DNA from: an uncultured Gammaproteobacteria bacterium
Lineage (GTDB): Bacteria > Patescibacteriota > Patescibacteriia > UBA11705
NCBI GenBank assembly: GCA_964592195.1
Contig: CAZQEI010000007.1
Coordinates: forward strand, 5,082-69,081
Direction of reading: 5' to 3'
Length of the DNA stretch: 64,000 nt
Below, one piece after another: positions 48,150-56,956 of this stretch. The notes under the pieces were generated by a model. It saw only the letters and a list, made by a program, of their open reading frames with translations, was not told the DNA's origin and searched no databases. Positions within the stretch are counted from its first letter, which is position 1. Each line of letters opens with the position of its first letter. The position numbers and the translations under genes were made by a program.

Positions 48150-50978
48150 ATGAAACTATTTAGCAGTTTGAAAAACAAAATATCCTTCCTGATATCAGGC
48201 TTAATTTTAATTACCGGTTTGGCGGTGGTATTTTTAGTCTTCTTTTTGACCTCTAGTTTTTTCATTCAAGAAAAAAAGGCTGATTTTGTTGCTACTATTT
48301 CAGAGCAAGTGCATGAATCGTCTCGGGTTTTTGCCGAGGCACAGCGGACTGTTCAAGCGTTGAGTGCTCATGAGATGATAGTGAAATATTTTTCTGAAAA
48401 TATCCCAGCTTATCAGGATGCGGCAGTTTTGAACGAGCTAAATAGCATGAATATTGGTCTACAATATAGCGCAATATATTTGTTGAATTTGGATGGCCTG
48501 GCTTTGGTTTCCACTGATCCTCGTTTTGTCAATCAGGATTATGCTTTTCGAGAATATTTTCAAGTGGCTAAAGCTGGGAAACTGGGAGTTATGATGGCAG
48601 TAGGCGTGACCAGTAATGATCCAGGCTATTATTTTTCCGCTCCAGTTTTTAACCAAGATAAACAAGTGATTGGAATCGCAGTAATGAAATTAGATCCAAA
48701 AATTTTAAAGATTACTTTGGAACAAAGTGTTTTGTCGCGTTCGGGAAAATTAATGCTAGTAGATAAATCAGGCGTTATCTTATATTCAAATACTGAGGGT
48801 CGATTATTCAAAAGCTTGGGGGCCTTGTCTGCTCGAGAAATGGAAGTCATTATTACTGAACAAAGATTCTATAATATTGAAATATTACCTCTCCAATATG
48901 AATTAGTTCAAGAAAGGTTACGAAAACCAGTTAATAGTGTAGAATCATTTGAATTTTATGATTCAGAAGACGCTGAAAATGAGTTAATAGTTATCGCGCC
49001 TATTGAAAATGCTCCATTTTTCATAGTTTTGGAAGTAGATATGGATCAAGTCAATATGATTGCTTTTCAGATAGCTGGCTTGTTGGGGGTTTTTGTGCTA
49101 TTTTTGATAATCATTTCCGTAATAGCCAGTATTTTTGGTGTGGCTAGATTATTAAAACCTTTAATCTACTTGAAGAAGAACATTGAAGCTATTGGGCGGG
49201 GTGAAACTGTCAGTGTCAATCAAATTAAAACTAAAGATGAATTACAAACTATTGGTGAATCAGTAGTCTCAGCCTCAAAATTATTGCAGTCCAGTTATAA
49301 AGAGTTGGAAGATCGTGTAGCGGAAAGAACTGAAGCCTTGCAGGCATCTTTGAAGAAAGTTGATGTGACAAAGTCGGCTATTTTAAACGTATTGGATGAT
49401 GTGAATAAGGAACGGGATCGCACGAAACAGTTGGCTGATGATTTAGTTAAATTTAAACAAGCGGTGGAAAATGCCTCTGATCATATTGTGATTACCGACG
49501 CGAACGGTATCATACTGCATGCCAATCAAGCAGTAGAGAAAATTACCGGTTTCAAGATAAAAGATGTCTTGGGTAAAAAAGCTGGTAGTAAAGAGCTCTG
49601 GGGTGGTTATATGGATGAGGAATTTTATAAAAAGTTTTGGGATACTATAAAAAACAAGAAAAAAGTGTTTGTTGGAGAAATTACCAATAAACGTAAAAAT
49701 GGTGAAAAGTATCAAGCTGAAGCAGCGGTGTCTCCCATTTTAGATGATAATGGCGAGGTGAAGTTTTTCCTGGGTATTGAACGAGATATTAGTGAACGTA
49801 AAGATGCGGAAGAGCAGGTACGAAAGGTTTTGAATGATTTACAAGAGAAGAGTTATGTCTTAGCTCAGGAGAAGTCCAAAGACGAAGCTTTGTTAGCCGG
49901 TATCGGAGACGGTATCATCTCTACTGATCAAGATGGTGTCGTGAATATTATCAATCGTTCGGCTGTAGATATGCTTGGTTACTCAGAAAAAGATGTGATG
50001 GGTAAGTCCTTTATTGATACAGTAAAAATTGTTGATAGCAAGGATAATGAAATATCAATGACCGAACATCCATTGGTCTTGGCGTTATCAAACGTAGAAA
50101 AAACCACCACCCCGATTGGAAAGACTAATTATTTCAAGCGTCATGACGGTACTAAATTCGCCGCTGGTATCACCGCTTCTCCGTTTGTGTTGAATGGTAG
50201 AATTGTGGGCGTCATCTTAGTCTTCCGTGATGTTAGTCGTGAAAAAGAGGTTGATATGGCGAAGACTGAGTTTGTGTCTTTGGCCTCACATCAATTGCGC
50301 ACGCCGTTGTCCACTATCAATTGGTACGCAGAAATGCTTTTAGCTGGAGATGCTGGAAAAATTACTGGCGAACAAAAAGAGTATGTAAGTGAAATTTACA
50401 AGGGCAATCAGCGTATGGTGGAATTGGTGAATGCTTTGTTGAATGTCTCGAGAATCGAATTAGGCACTTTCTCGGTAGAGCCGGAAGATACAGATTTGAA
50501 AGAATTGGCGGAAAGCGTATTTGATGAATTGAAGCCTCAGTTATTAACCAAGAAAATGAAGGTGACTAAGAAGTACGATGAAAAATTAAAGCATTTATTT
50601 GTGGACAAGAAACTGATTCGTATCGTTTTCCAAAATTTGTTGACCAATGCTTTGAAATATACCCCAGAAAAGGGCAAAATTGATTTGAATATTCAAAAAC
50701 GCAAGAGTGATATCTTGGTAAGTGTGACTGATACTGGTGCTGGTATTCCCAAGAAGGATCAACAAAACATATTCCAAAAATTGTTCCGTTCTGACAATGT
50801 TAAAGCTCTCGATACCAATGGAACTGGGTTAGGTTTGTATATAGTTAGATCTATTGTTGAGCAATCTGCCAAGGGTAAAATTTGGTTTGAGTCTGAAGAG
50901 GGGAAAGGGACTACCTTCTATGTTTCTCTGCCTTTGACCGGTATGAAGGCCAAAGAGGGGACTAGAGCACTCACCTAA
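48150..50978 (+). CDS. Sensor histidine kinase (dCache, HAMP, 2xPAS, HisKA, HATPase)
   Basis: YAFREYFQ, DELQ.IG, two PAS/PAC, SHQLRTPL, NLLTNALKY, DTGAG, GTGLGL. Confidence 0.93.
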   Translation: MKLFSSLKNKISFLISGLILITGLAVVFLVFFLTSSFFIQEKKADFVATISEQVHESSRVFAEAQRTVQALSAHEMIVKYFSENIPAYQDAAVLNELNSMNIGLQYSAIYLLNLDGLALVSTDPRFVNQDYAFREYFQVAKAGKLGVMMAVGVTSNDPGYYFSAPVFNQDKQVIGIAVMKLDPKILKITLEQSVLSRSGKLMLVDKSGVILYSNTEGRLFKSLGALSAREMEVIITEQRFYNIEILPLQYELVQERLRKPVNSVESFEFYDSEDAENELIVIAPIENAPFFIVLEVDMDQVNMIAFQIAGLLGVFVLFLIIISVIASIFGVARLLKPLIYLKKNIEAIGRGETVSVNQIKTKDELQTIGESVVSASKLLQSSYKELEDRVAERTEALQASLKKVDVTKSAILNVLDDVNKERDRTKQLADDLVKFKQAVENASDHIVITDANGIILHANQAVEKITGFKIKDVLGKKAGSKELWGGYMDEEFYKKFWDTIKNKKKVFVGEITNKRKNGEKYQAEAAVSPILDDNGEVKFFLGIERDISERKDAEEQVRKVLNDLQEKSYVLAQEKSKDEALLAGIGDGIISTDQDGVVNIINRSAVDMLGYSEKDVMGKSFIDTVKIVDSKDNEISMTEHPLVLALSNVEKTTTPIGKTNYFKRHDGTKFAAGITASPFVLNGRIVGVILVFRDVSREKEVDMAKTEFVSLASHQLRTPLSTINWYAEMLLAGDAGKITGEQKEYVSEIYKGNQRMVELVNALLNVSRIELGTFSVEPEDTDLKELAESVFDELKPQLLTKKMKVTKKYDEKLKHLFVDKKLIRIVFQNLLTNALKYTPEKGKIDLNIQKRKSDILVSVTDTGAGIPKKDQQNIFQKLFRSDNVKALDTNGTGLGLYIVRSIVEQSAKGKIWFESEEGKGTTFYVSLPLTGMKAKEGTRALT

Positions 50979-51023
50979 TGTTAATAAGTTTTTATATAAA
51001 TATGCTACAATAATAATGGCTAA

Positions 51024-51407
51024 ATGCCGAAGTTTTGTAGTTTAATTAAAAAAAAATCCTTCTTCGCACGATCAAAAAAACATGAAAGAAAAGAGCCAGT
51101 GGATTTCGAGCCAGGGAATGATAGCGGTAAATATGCTGATGAAGCGATTGACAATTTGATCTTGGGAATTACTAGAAACGGAGGTGCAAAGAAAAATTTA
51201 ATTGCCAAGTTGGTCGGCGGAGCCGCCATGTTCCAAAAATTGATTAATACGGAAAATGGTATTGGTCATCAAAATATTGAAGCGGCGAGAGAACGATTGA
51301 CTGAATTAGGGATTAGAATTGATAAAGAAGATACTGGTGGTAATACGGGGAAATTGGTAGAATTTGATTTACGCAATGGACTGGTGACGGTTCAAACAAG
51401 TTTGTAA
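51024..51407 (+). CDS. N-terminally truncated CheD-like protein
   Basis: GKYADEAI, LIAKLVGGAAMF, IGHQNIEAA, EDTGGNTG match the CheD C-terminal part; LGSC motif absent. Confidence 0.7.
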   Translation: MPKFCSLIKKKSFFARSKKHERKEPVDFEPGNDSGKYADEAIDNLILGITRNGGAKKNLIAKLVGGAAMFQKLINTENGIGHQNIEAARERLTELGIRIDKEDTGGNTGKLVEFDLRNGLVTVQTSL

Positions 51408-51505
51408 CATTACGAATATACGAATTTCTTAAGAATATTTTCGAATTATTGTTAAAGAGATAATTCGTAACAATTCGAAACTGATTCGTAAATTCGAAAT
51501 TCAAT

Positions 51506-51874
51506 ATGAAGAAAACAATTTTATTAGTCGAGGACGAAGAATCTTTGCGACACGCATTGAAAATTAAGTTAGTGAATGCTGGGTATGAAGTGATAGAGGC
51601 AGAGAACGGTAAGGTGGGGTTGGATATGGCTTTGAGACATCAGCCAGATTTAATTCTCCTCGATATTGTTATGCCGGTAATGGATGGGGTGACTATGTTG
51701 GAAAAATTGCGTGCCGATGATAAGGGTGCCAATTTAGATGTTATAATGTTAACTAACTTAAATGATACCGGTAAAGTGGAATCAGCTGAGAAATCGGATG
51801 TTTCAGATTATTTGATTAAAACTGATTGGACTTTGCAAGATTTATTAAAGTTAATTGAGAAAAAAATTGGTTAA
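51506..51874 (+). CDS. Single-domain response regulator
   Basis: LLVEDE, PDLILLDIVMPVMDG, LTN, YLIK. Confidence 0.92.
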   Translation: MKKTILLVEDEESLRHALKIKLVNAGYEVIEAENGKVGLDMALRHQPDLILLDIVMPVMDGVTMLEKLRADDKGANLDVIMLTNLNDTGKVESAEKSDVSDYLIKTDWTLQDLLKLIEKKIG

Positions 51875-51883
51875 AAGGGATAA

Positions 51884-51916
51884 TAAAAAATAGCTCGTTT
51901 TCACGAGCTATTTTTG
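51884..51916. terminator. Bidirectional terminator
   Basis: AAAAATAGCTCG/CGAGCTATTTTT between convergent genes. Confidence 0.8.
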
Positions 51917-51923
51917 TTTTGAA

Positions 51924-52397
51924 TTATCTAGTAACTTCGATTTCATCAGCTTGTTCTGGGTTGCAGGCTCCAACAGTTAAGGCACCTGAAACATCTCTTT
52001 TAATATAGTAATCAGTAACAGTTGAGTCACCTGATGATGGATCGACTGGGACTTTGGGTAGATATTTTGCGTCAATCAAATCTTCTATGTCCGCACAACT
52101 GGGAGAAGTAGTGTGAGCCGTACATCCGATATCACCACCCACTGAGCAAGTGCCAATCATATAGTATGTGTCAACTAGTAAACTACCTATTGAGGTTGGG
52201 AAGTTACCATTGTTGTCAACTTGCCGATATTTAGCGGCATCGAGGACTGCTGTGACATCTGACCAGCGATTCGCATCGCGGGCTTGTTCAAACCGAGTGA
52301 GTGGGTCGAGCATGACGAAAATAATTATCGCCAAGATAGCGATGATCCCAATCACAATTAAAAGTTCAATTAAAGTGAACCCTTTTTTGTTTTTCAT
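51924..52397 (-). CDS. Type IV major pilin (divergent copy)
   Basis: KG|FTLIELL; Cys-rich head; VPVDP. Confidence 0.9.
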   Translation of the reverse strand: MKNKKGFTLIELLIVIGIIAILAIIIFVMLDPLTRFEQARDANRWSDVTAVLDAAKYRQVDNNGNFPTSIGSLLVDTYYMIGTCSVGGDIGCTAHTTSPSCADIEDLIDAKYLPKVPVDPSSGDSTVTDYYIKRDVSGALTVGACNPEQADEIEVTR

Positions 52398-52573
52398 AGT
52401 AAGTAATTATATTAATGATCGTTATGTAAATATTATACCAGATTTTTGTGAATGAGTATACTGGGGTGTTTATAAATTCGTAAATCGCCTGCCCCGCATC
52501 GCGGGGTAAAGCGTTATTTGTAAATGAAATATAAAAAACACTCGCTTCTTTCGAAACGAGTGTTTGATTGATA

Positions 52574-53047
52574 TTAACGACTAACAGTGATGGCCGCGCC
52601 ACCTTCAGGATCGCACGCACCGACGGTTAAAACACCGGTGGAGGCTCTCATGATGTAGTAATCGGTTTCAACAGCAGTGCCGGTCGAGGGATCTAGTGGT
52701 ACTGCGGATAAATGGCCGGAGGTAACTAGACCGGTCAAATTCGCACATGCGGCTTGGGTGGTTTGAGCAGTACAACCAGAATCACCACCGGTGGCACAAG
52801 TGCCGATAGTGTAATAATTACCGGCAGTTAATCCGCTTATGGTGGCAATATATGAACCGCCATTGTCAACTTGGTTGAGTTTAGCGGCATCTAGTACTGC
52901 TCCGATATCAGCCCAACGCGTTGCGTCTCGAGCATCTTGGAAGCGGGATAACGGATCGAGCGCTACGAATACGATAACTGCCAAAATAGCAATAATCGCA
53001 ATTACGATGAGCAATTCGATCAAGGTAAAACCTTTTTGTTTTCTCAT
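52574..53047 (-). CDS. Type IV major pilin
   Basis: KG|FTLIELL; 157 aa; own terminator near 52534-52565. Confidence 0.9.
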   Translation of the reverse strand: MRKQKGFTLIELLIVIAIIAILAVIVFVALDPLSRFQDARDATRWADIGAVLDAAKLNQVDNGGSYIATISGLTAGNYYTIGTCATGGDSGCTAQTTQAACANLTGLVTSGHLSAVPLDPSTGTAVETDYYIMRASTGVLTVGACDPEGGAAITVSR

Positions 53048-53172
53048 AGTTATTTTATTTATTAATGATCAAGTATATTATACCATATCCTAAGAGAGTA
53101 GCATATGTAGGTGTGAATAATGATGAATATAAAAAACACTCGCCTATTGCTAAGAGAGTGTTTTGTGTCTTT

Positions 53173-53646
53173 TTAACGGCTAACAGTAATGGCTGCGCCA
53201 CCTTCAGGATCGCACGCACCGACGGTTAAAACGCCTGTAGATGCTCTCATGACATAATAATCGGTTTTAGAGGCTGTACCGGTGGAAGGATCCAATGGCA
53301 CGGCTGACAAATGTCCAGAAGTGACCAAACCGGTCAAGTCTGCGCAAGCGGCAACAGTAGTTTGAGCTGTACAGCCTGTATTTCCACCAGTTACACAAGT
53401 GCCAACGGTGTAATAAGTACCGGCAGTTAATCCGCTTATAGCGGCAATGTAGGAACCACCATTATCAACTTGGTTGAGTTTAGCGGCATCTAATACTGCT
53501 CCGATATCAGCCCAACGCGTTGCGTCTCGAGCATCTTGGAAACGAGATAAGGGATCGAGTGCCACGAACACGATGACCGCCAAGATAGCGATGATCGCAA
53601 TCACGATGAGCAACTCAATCAATGTAAAGCCTTTTTGTTTTCTCAT
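53173..53646 (-). CDS. Type IV major pilin
   Basis: KG|FTLIELL; near-identical protein to 52574-53047; own terminator near 53131-53165. Confidence 0.9.
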   Translation of the reverse strand: MRKQKGFTLIELLIVIAIIAILAVIVFVALDPLSRFQDARDATRWADIGAVLDAAKLNQVDNGGSYIAAISGLTAGTYYTVGTCVTGGNTGCTAQTTVAACADLTGLVTSGHLSAVPLDPSTGTASKTDYYVMRASTGVLTVGACDPEGGAAITVSR

Positions 53647-53864
53647 ATGTTATTTATTTGTTATTTGTTTGTTAAATATCAAAATAAGTGTTTGTTTAAC
53701 TGATAAAATTATAGCATTATTGTGTTTAACCAGCAATTTGAGGTGTTGATAAGGGTTAGGGATGAGGTATGAGCGTTAAGCGGTTAGCGATTAGCGACTA
53801 ATAACTATAATCTATAATTTTTAATCGTTTCACGTATACCGCTTTACGTTTATCGAATACCGAA

Positions 53865-54614
53865 TTACGCATTTTTTCCAACTTCCCAAAAATAATCAAA
53901 TACACTTTCCCAACTCTTAATAATTTCTGGATGAGAAATGGCCGTTATAAATGGTGGATGACCGGAGAAGAATACTATTTTATCTGGTAATACCCAGAAA
54001 GATGAAGTGAACTCAACCCCCTTAGGCAAGAATCTAACTTCAATCGGTTGGCGTTTTATTTTGTTCGGATTGATTTCACGTTCAGTGTCAACGCTGATTA
54101 AAGTTCGAGTTTGCAAGTTATTTTTTGTTTTTTGATCCAGTAAAATAAACTCGGTGTCATCAGAAAGTATTTTTGTGTAATCGCCACGGTGGGGTGAATC
54201 AAAAGTTTTAATGACTGTTCCGCGGGGGAGTGATGATATGGTGTTTTTTATGAAATTTTTAATACTTTCTTTTGTGTCATAAACTTGGGCGGTGGGAAAA
54301 GCATTTTCGTGTCGGTAAAGATCTCTTAACTGATCCTTCAAGCTTGTTGCCAGTTGGGCTTGGCTAAGAAAATGTCCCTCAAGTGCTTGCGGACTTTCCA
54401 CCCAATAATATTTTGCACCGCGGTGAGTATTACAAGACACAAAACCGCGTTCAGTTAACAAATTTAAAATGCTGATCACAGTGGTTCGCGGTAAGTTAAC
54501 TTTTTTGGCTACGCGAGAAGCTACAGCTTCGCCGAGTAAAGTTAAGCCGAGATAGACTTTAATTTCGTTGGTTTTGAAACCAAGTTCTTTGAGCGTGGAT
54601 TGGATTTGATTCAT
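53865..54614 (-). CDS. TrmB-family transcriptional regulator
   Basis: LKELGF..NEIKVY..L, LPRTTV..IL..L HTH; C-terminal effector domain ending FDYFWE. Confidence 0.85.
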   Translation of the reverse strand: MNQIQSTLKELGFKTNEIKVYLGLTLLGEAVASRVAKKVNLPRTTVISILNLLTERGFVSCNTHRGAKYYWVESPQALEGHFLSQAQLATSLKDQLRDLYRHENAFPTAQVYDTKESIKNFIKNTISSLPRGTVIKTFDSPHRGDYTKILSDDTEFILLDQKTKNNLQTRTLISVDTEREINPNKIKRQPIEVRFLPKGVEFTSSFWVLPDKIVFFSGHPPFITAISHPEIIKSWESVFDYFWEVGKNA

Positions 54615-54933
54615 AGCATTTCGAATTTGCGAATCAGTTACGAATATTTACGAATTATTTCCATAGCCAATAATTCGAACACATTCGAACAAAATTCGTA
54701 CATTCGTAGTTAATTACGATTGCTGTCGAAATAGTTCGACAATATTACCTATAAATTTTAGCTTAAATTAAACAATTATGCAAGTGTGCGTTTTTAGTAT
54801 GGCTAAAGTTACAGAAAAATTAGTTGTTTAGCGATATGATGTTAATGATCAATGATCCTTGATCAATGGTCCACCCCGCTCTTCGCGAGTGGCGGGGTCA
54901 ATGTTCATTACAACTTAACAAGGGGAGACCATT

Positions 54934-55227
54934 ATGGCCCTTACTCGCAAGAACTTTCAAAAGAAAAGAAAGTTATTGGAAGAAAAATTTAAAACTCTTG
55001 AAAATCAGAAGGTTCAATTGCAGTTGGAATGGGAAGAGTTAATGGAAAAAGGGCAGAAGTTTGTTTATGACGAGGAAAGAAAAGAACAGAACGAAAGACG
55101 AATGACTGCGTTAGAAAAGTTCATTGACACTGGCAGGTATGAACAGTCTGCGTCGGTAACGGAAAGATTTTTAAGCTCTCTTCACCCAACAAAGCTGGGA
55201 GGTAAAAATGTTAAAGGATCTTATTGA
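54934..55227 (+). CDS. Hypothetical coiled-coil protein
   Basis: SD AAGGGGAG; charged helical sequence. Confidence 0.5.
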   Translation: MALTRKNFQKKRKLLEEKFKTLENQKVQLQLEWEELMEKGQKFVYDEERKEQNERRMTALEKFIDTGRYEQSASVTERFLSSLHPTKLGGKNVKGSY

Positions 55228-55600
55228 AGTAAAACAAAAGAAATACAAAGAAAAAATTGATGAAATTGATAAGAAAATACAATCTTTAGAACAAAAGAGA
55301 AAGTTATTGGAAGAAAAGTATAAGAAGAGTTTTTGGAAGGTCATTGATAAGCTAAAGGAGTGTTGTTTGGGTGTGGTAGAGCCAAAAGAGTCTTCTGCTA
55401 ATAAGAGTTGTCCAATGTATTGTCCATTCTTGGAAGTAATTACTGAGTATCGTAGTGATGATGATGTTTGGATCGATTCCATTAACTCTTCATCATGGGA
55501 AGAAATTATCGGGCATAAATGTCATTTTCCTAAACGTTATGCTGATGTGAAACGAGAACTCGAAGCAAAATATAAACGTACAAATCGCTTCGGCGATTGA
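55208..55600 (+). CDS. Hypothetical coiled-coil protein with Cys cluster
   Basis: SD GGGAGG; CC..CPMYCP..CH. Confidence 0.5.
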   Translation: MLKDLIEVKQKKYKEKIDEIDKKIQSLEQKRKLLEEKYKKSFWKVIDKLKECCLGVVEPKESSANKSCPMYCPFLEVITEYRSDDDVWIDSINSSSWEEIIGHKCHFPKRYADVKRELEAKYKRTNRFGD

Positions 55601-55670
55601 TTCTTTTGATCAATGTTCTCAGCCGGAGGCTGATCCGTCCTTCGGCGGAAATGACCAACAGGAGGCTCCC

Positions 55671-56696
55671 ATGAACGCCAAGGTGATCTTCCCCGGTACG
55701 TTCTGTCCGCCGACCTATGGGCACGTCGAGATCGTGAAGCGCGCGGCTGAACTTTTTCCCGAGCTGATCGTGCTGTGCTCGGTCAATCCGGAGAAGAATC
55801 ACAATTGGTTCACTCCGGACGAGTGCGTCGACCTGTGGGCGGCCTATGAACTACCCGTGGGTGTGACGGTTACGACTCTGGAAAAGTTCTTGGTCAATGA
55901 TTGGCACGGTGAAAAGCTGATCATGGTTCGCGGTGTGCGTGATGATAAAGATTTTGAACATGAGAAGTCGGTCATCAAGAGCAACTTTGAAGCGTTTGGT
56001 GTTTCGGATTACTATTTCATCCTGACTGGTAGTGAGTTTACCAATATTTCTTCGTCGCGCGCTAGAGCTTTGGCTGAGGAATTTGACATTGAACACTTGC
56101 CTGAAGTTGTGGCTCCACTGATTGTGACTAAACTGTTGGAAAAAGTAATGGAAGCCAAGAACGTGATCATGGTAGTTGGTCGTCCGGGATGTGGCAAAAC
56201 GACATTTTTGAAAGAGTTGGCGAAAGATTCGAATAATCATGTTATCTTCACCGACGACTTCAATCATCATTTGGCAAAAATTATCAGAGAACATTATCCG
56301 CATGAAAGTTTGTTTGATGCCGGAATGAATCATGAGTTTGAAGTTCAGCGTTTGCTGGCTCCTCATTGGTTCTTCTTGCTGAAGATGTATCTCAAGACCG
56401 CTCCCAAGGGGAAGAACATTTTTATTGAAATCGCCTACGGTTTGTCGCCTCGTTATAGCTTGTTCCGTTATGTTGGTGGTAAGATTTTGCGAGTTTATTG
56501 CTCGGAAAAGATTGAATTGGAAAGATTAGATGCGCGTGGTACGCCAGAACATAGGCGTTTCCTTGAGCGTCTGCCGTCTGAAAATGAAGTTTATGAGATT
56601 GTGAAGGCTAATCACTTGAAAATGAATGAAATTGAGAATAATGGTGATCTCGATTCTTTGGTCTCAAAGGCGCGTGAATTCAAATGGAGGGAATGA
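55671..56696 (+). CDS. coaD: Phosphopantetheine adenylyltransferase fused to dephospho-CoA kinase-like P-loop domain
   Basis: FPGTFCPPTYGH, NPEK, VRGVR..DFE.E, ISSS; then VVGRPGCGKTT, TDD, ERL.ARG. Confidence 0.8.
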   Translation: MNAKVIFPGTFCPPTYGHVEIVKRAAELFPELIVLCSVNPEKNHNWFTPDECVDLWAAYELPVGVTVTTLEKFLVNDWHGEKLIMVRGVRDDKDFEHEKSVIKSNFEAFGVSDYYFILTGSEFTNISSSRARALAEEFDIEHLPEVVAPLIVTKLLEKVMEAKNVIMVVGRPGCGKTTFLKELAKDSNNHVIFTDDFNHHLAKIIREHYPHESLFDAGMNHEFEVQRLLAPHWFFLLKMYLKTAPKGKNIFIEIAYGLSPRYSLFRYVGGKILRVYCSEKIELERLDARGTPEHRRFLERLPSENEVYEIVKANHLKMNEIENNGDLDSLVSKAREFKWRE

Positions 56697-56872
56697 TCAT
56701 GAAAACGCTGGTAAGTCACATGGTGAAGCTGTTGGCCACTATGATCAGTAACATTTATTTCGAGTTGGTGAAACTCGATGTTGAACTGGCCAGATTAGTT
56801 CTGAGAAGTTTAATTGCCTATTTGGAAGACTTTATTGGTAGTGTGAATTATTTGCTGCTTGGTAATGACTAA
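56684..56872 (+). CDS. Small hypothetical protein
   Basis: Coupled to the upstream gene; SD GGAGG precedes internal ATG codons near 56693-56699. Confidence 0.4.
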   Translation: MEGMIMKTLVSHMVKLLATMISNIYFELVKLDVELARLVLRSLIAYLEDFIGSVNYLLLGND

Positions 56873-56956
56873 TTTTAGTGAACAAGAAGGCCCGCCTCTG
56901 CAGAGCAGAGTCGAGGCAGGCCACGTACCGTATGGTAGCGTGGCAGGGAGGTAATT

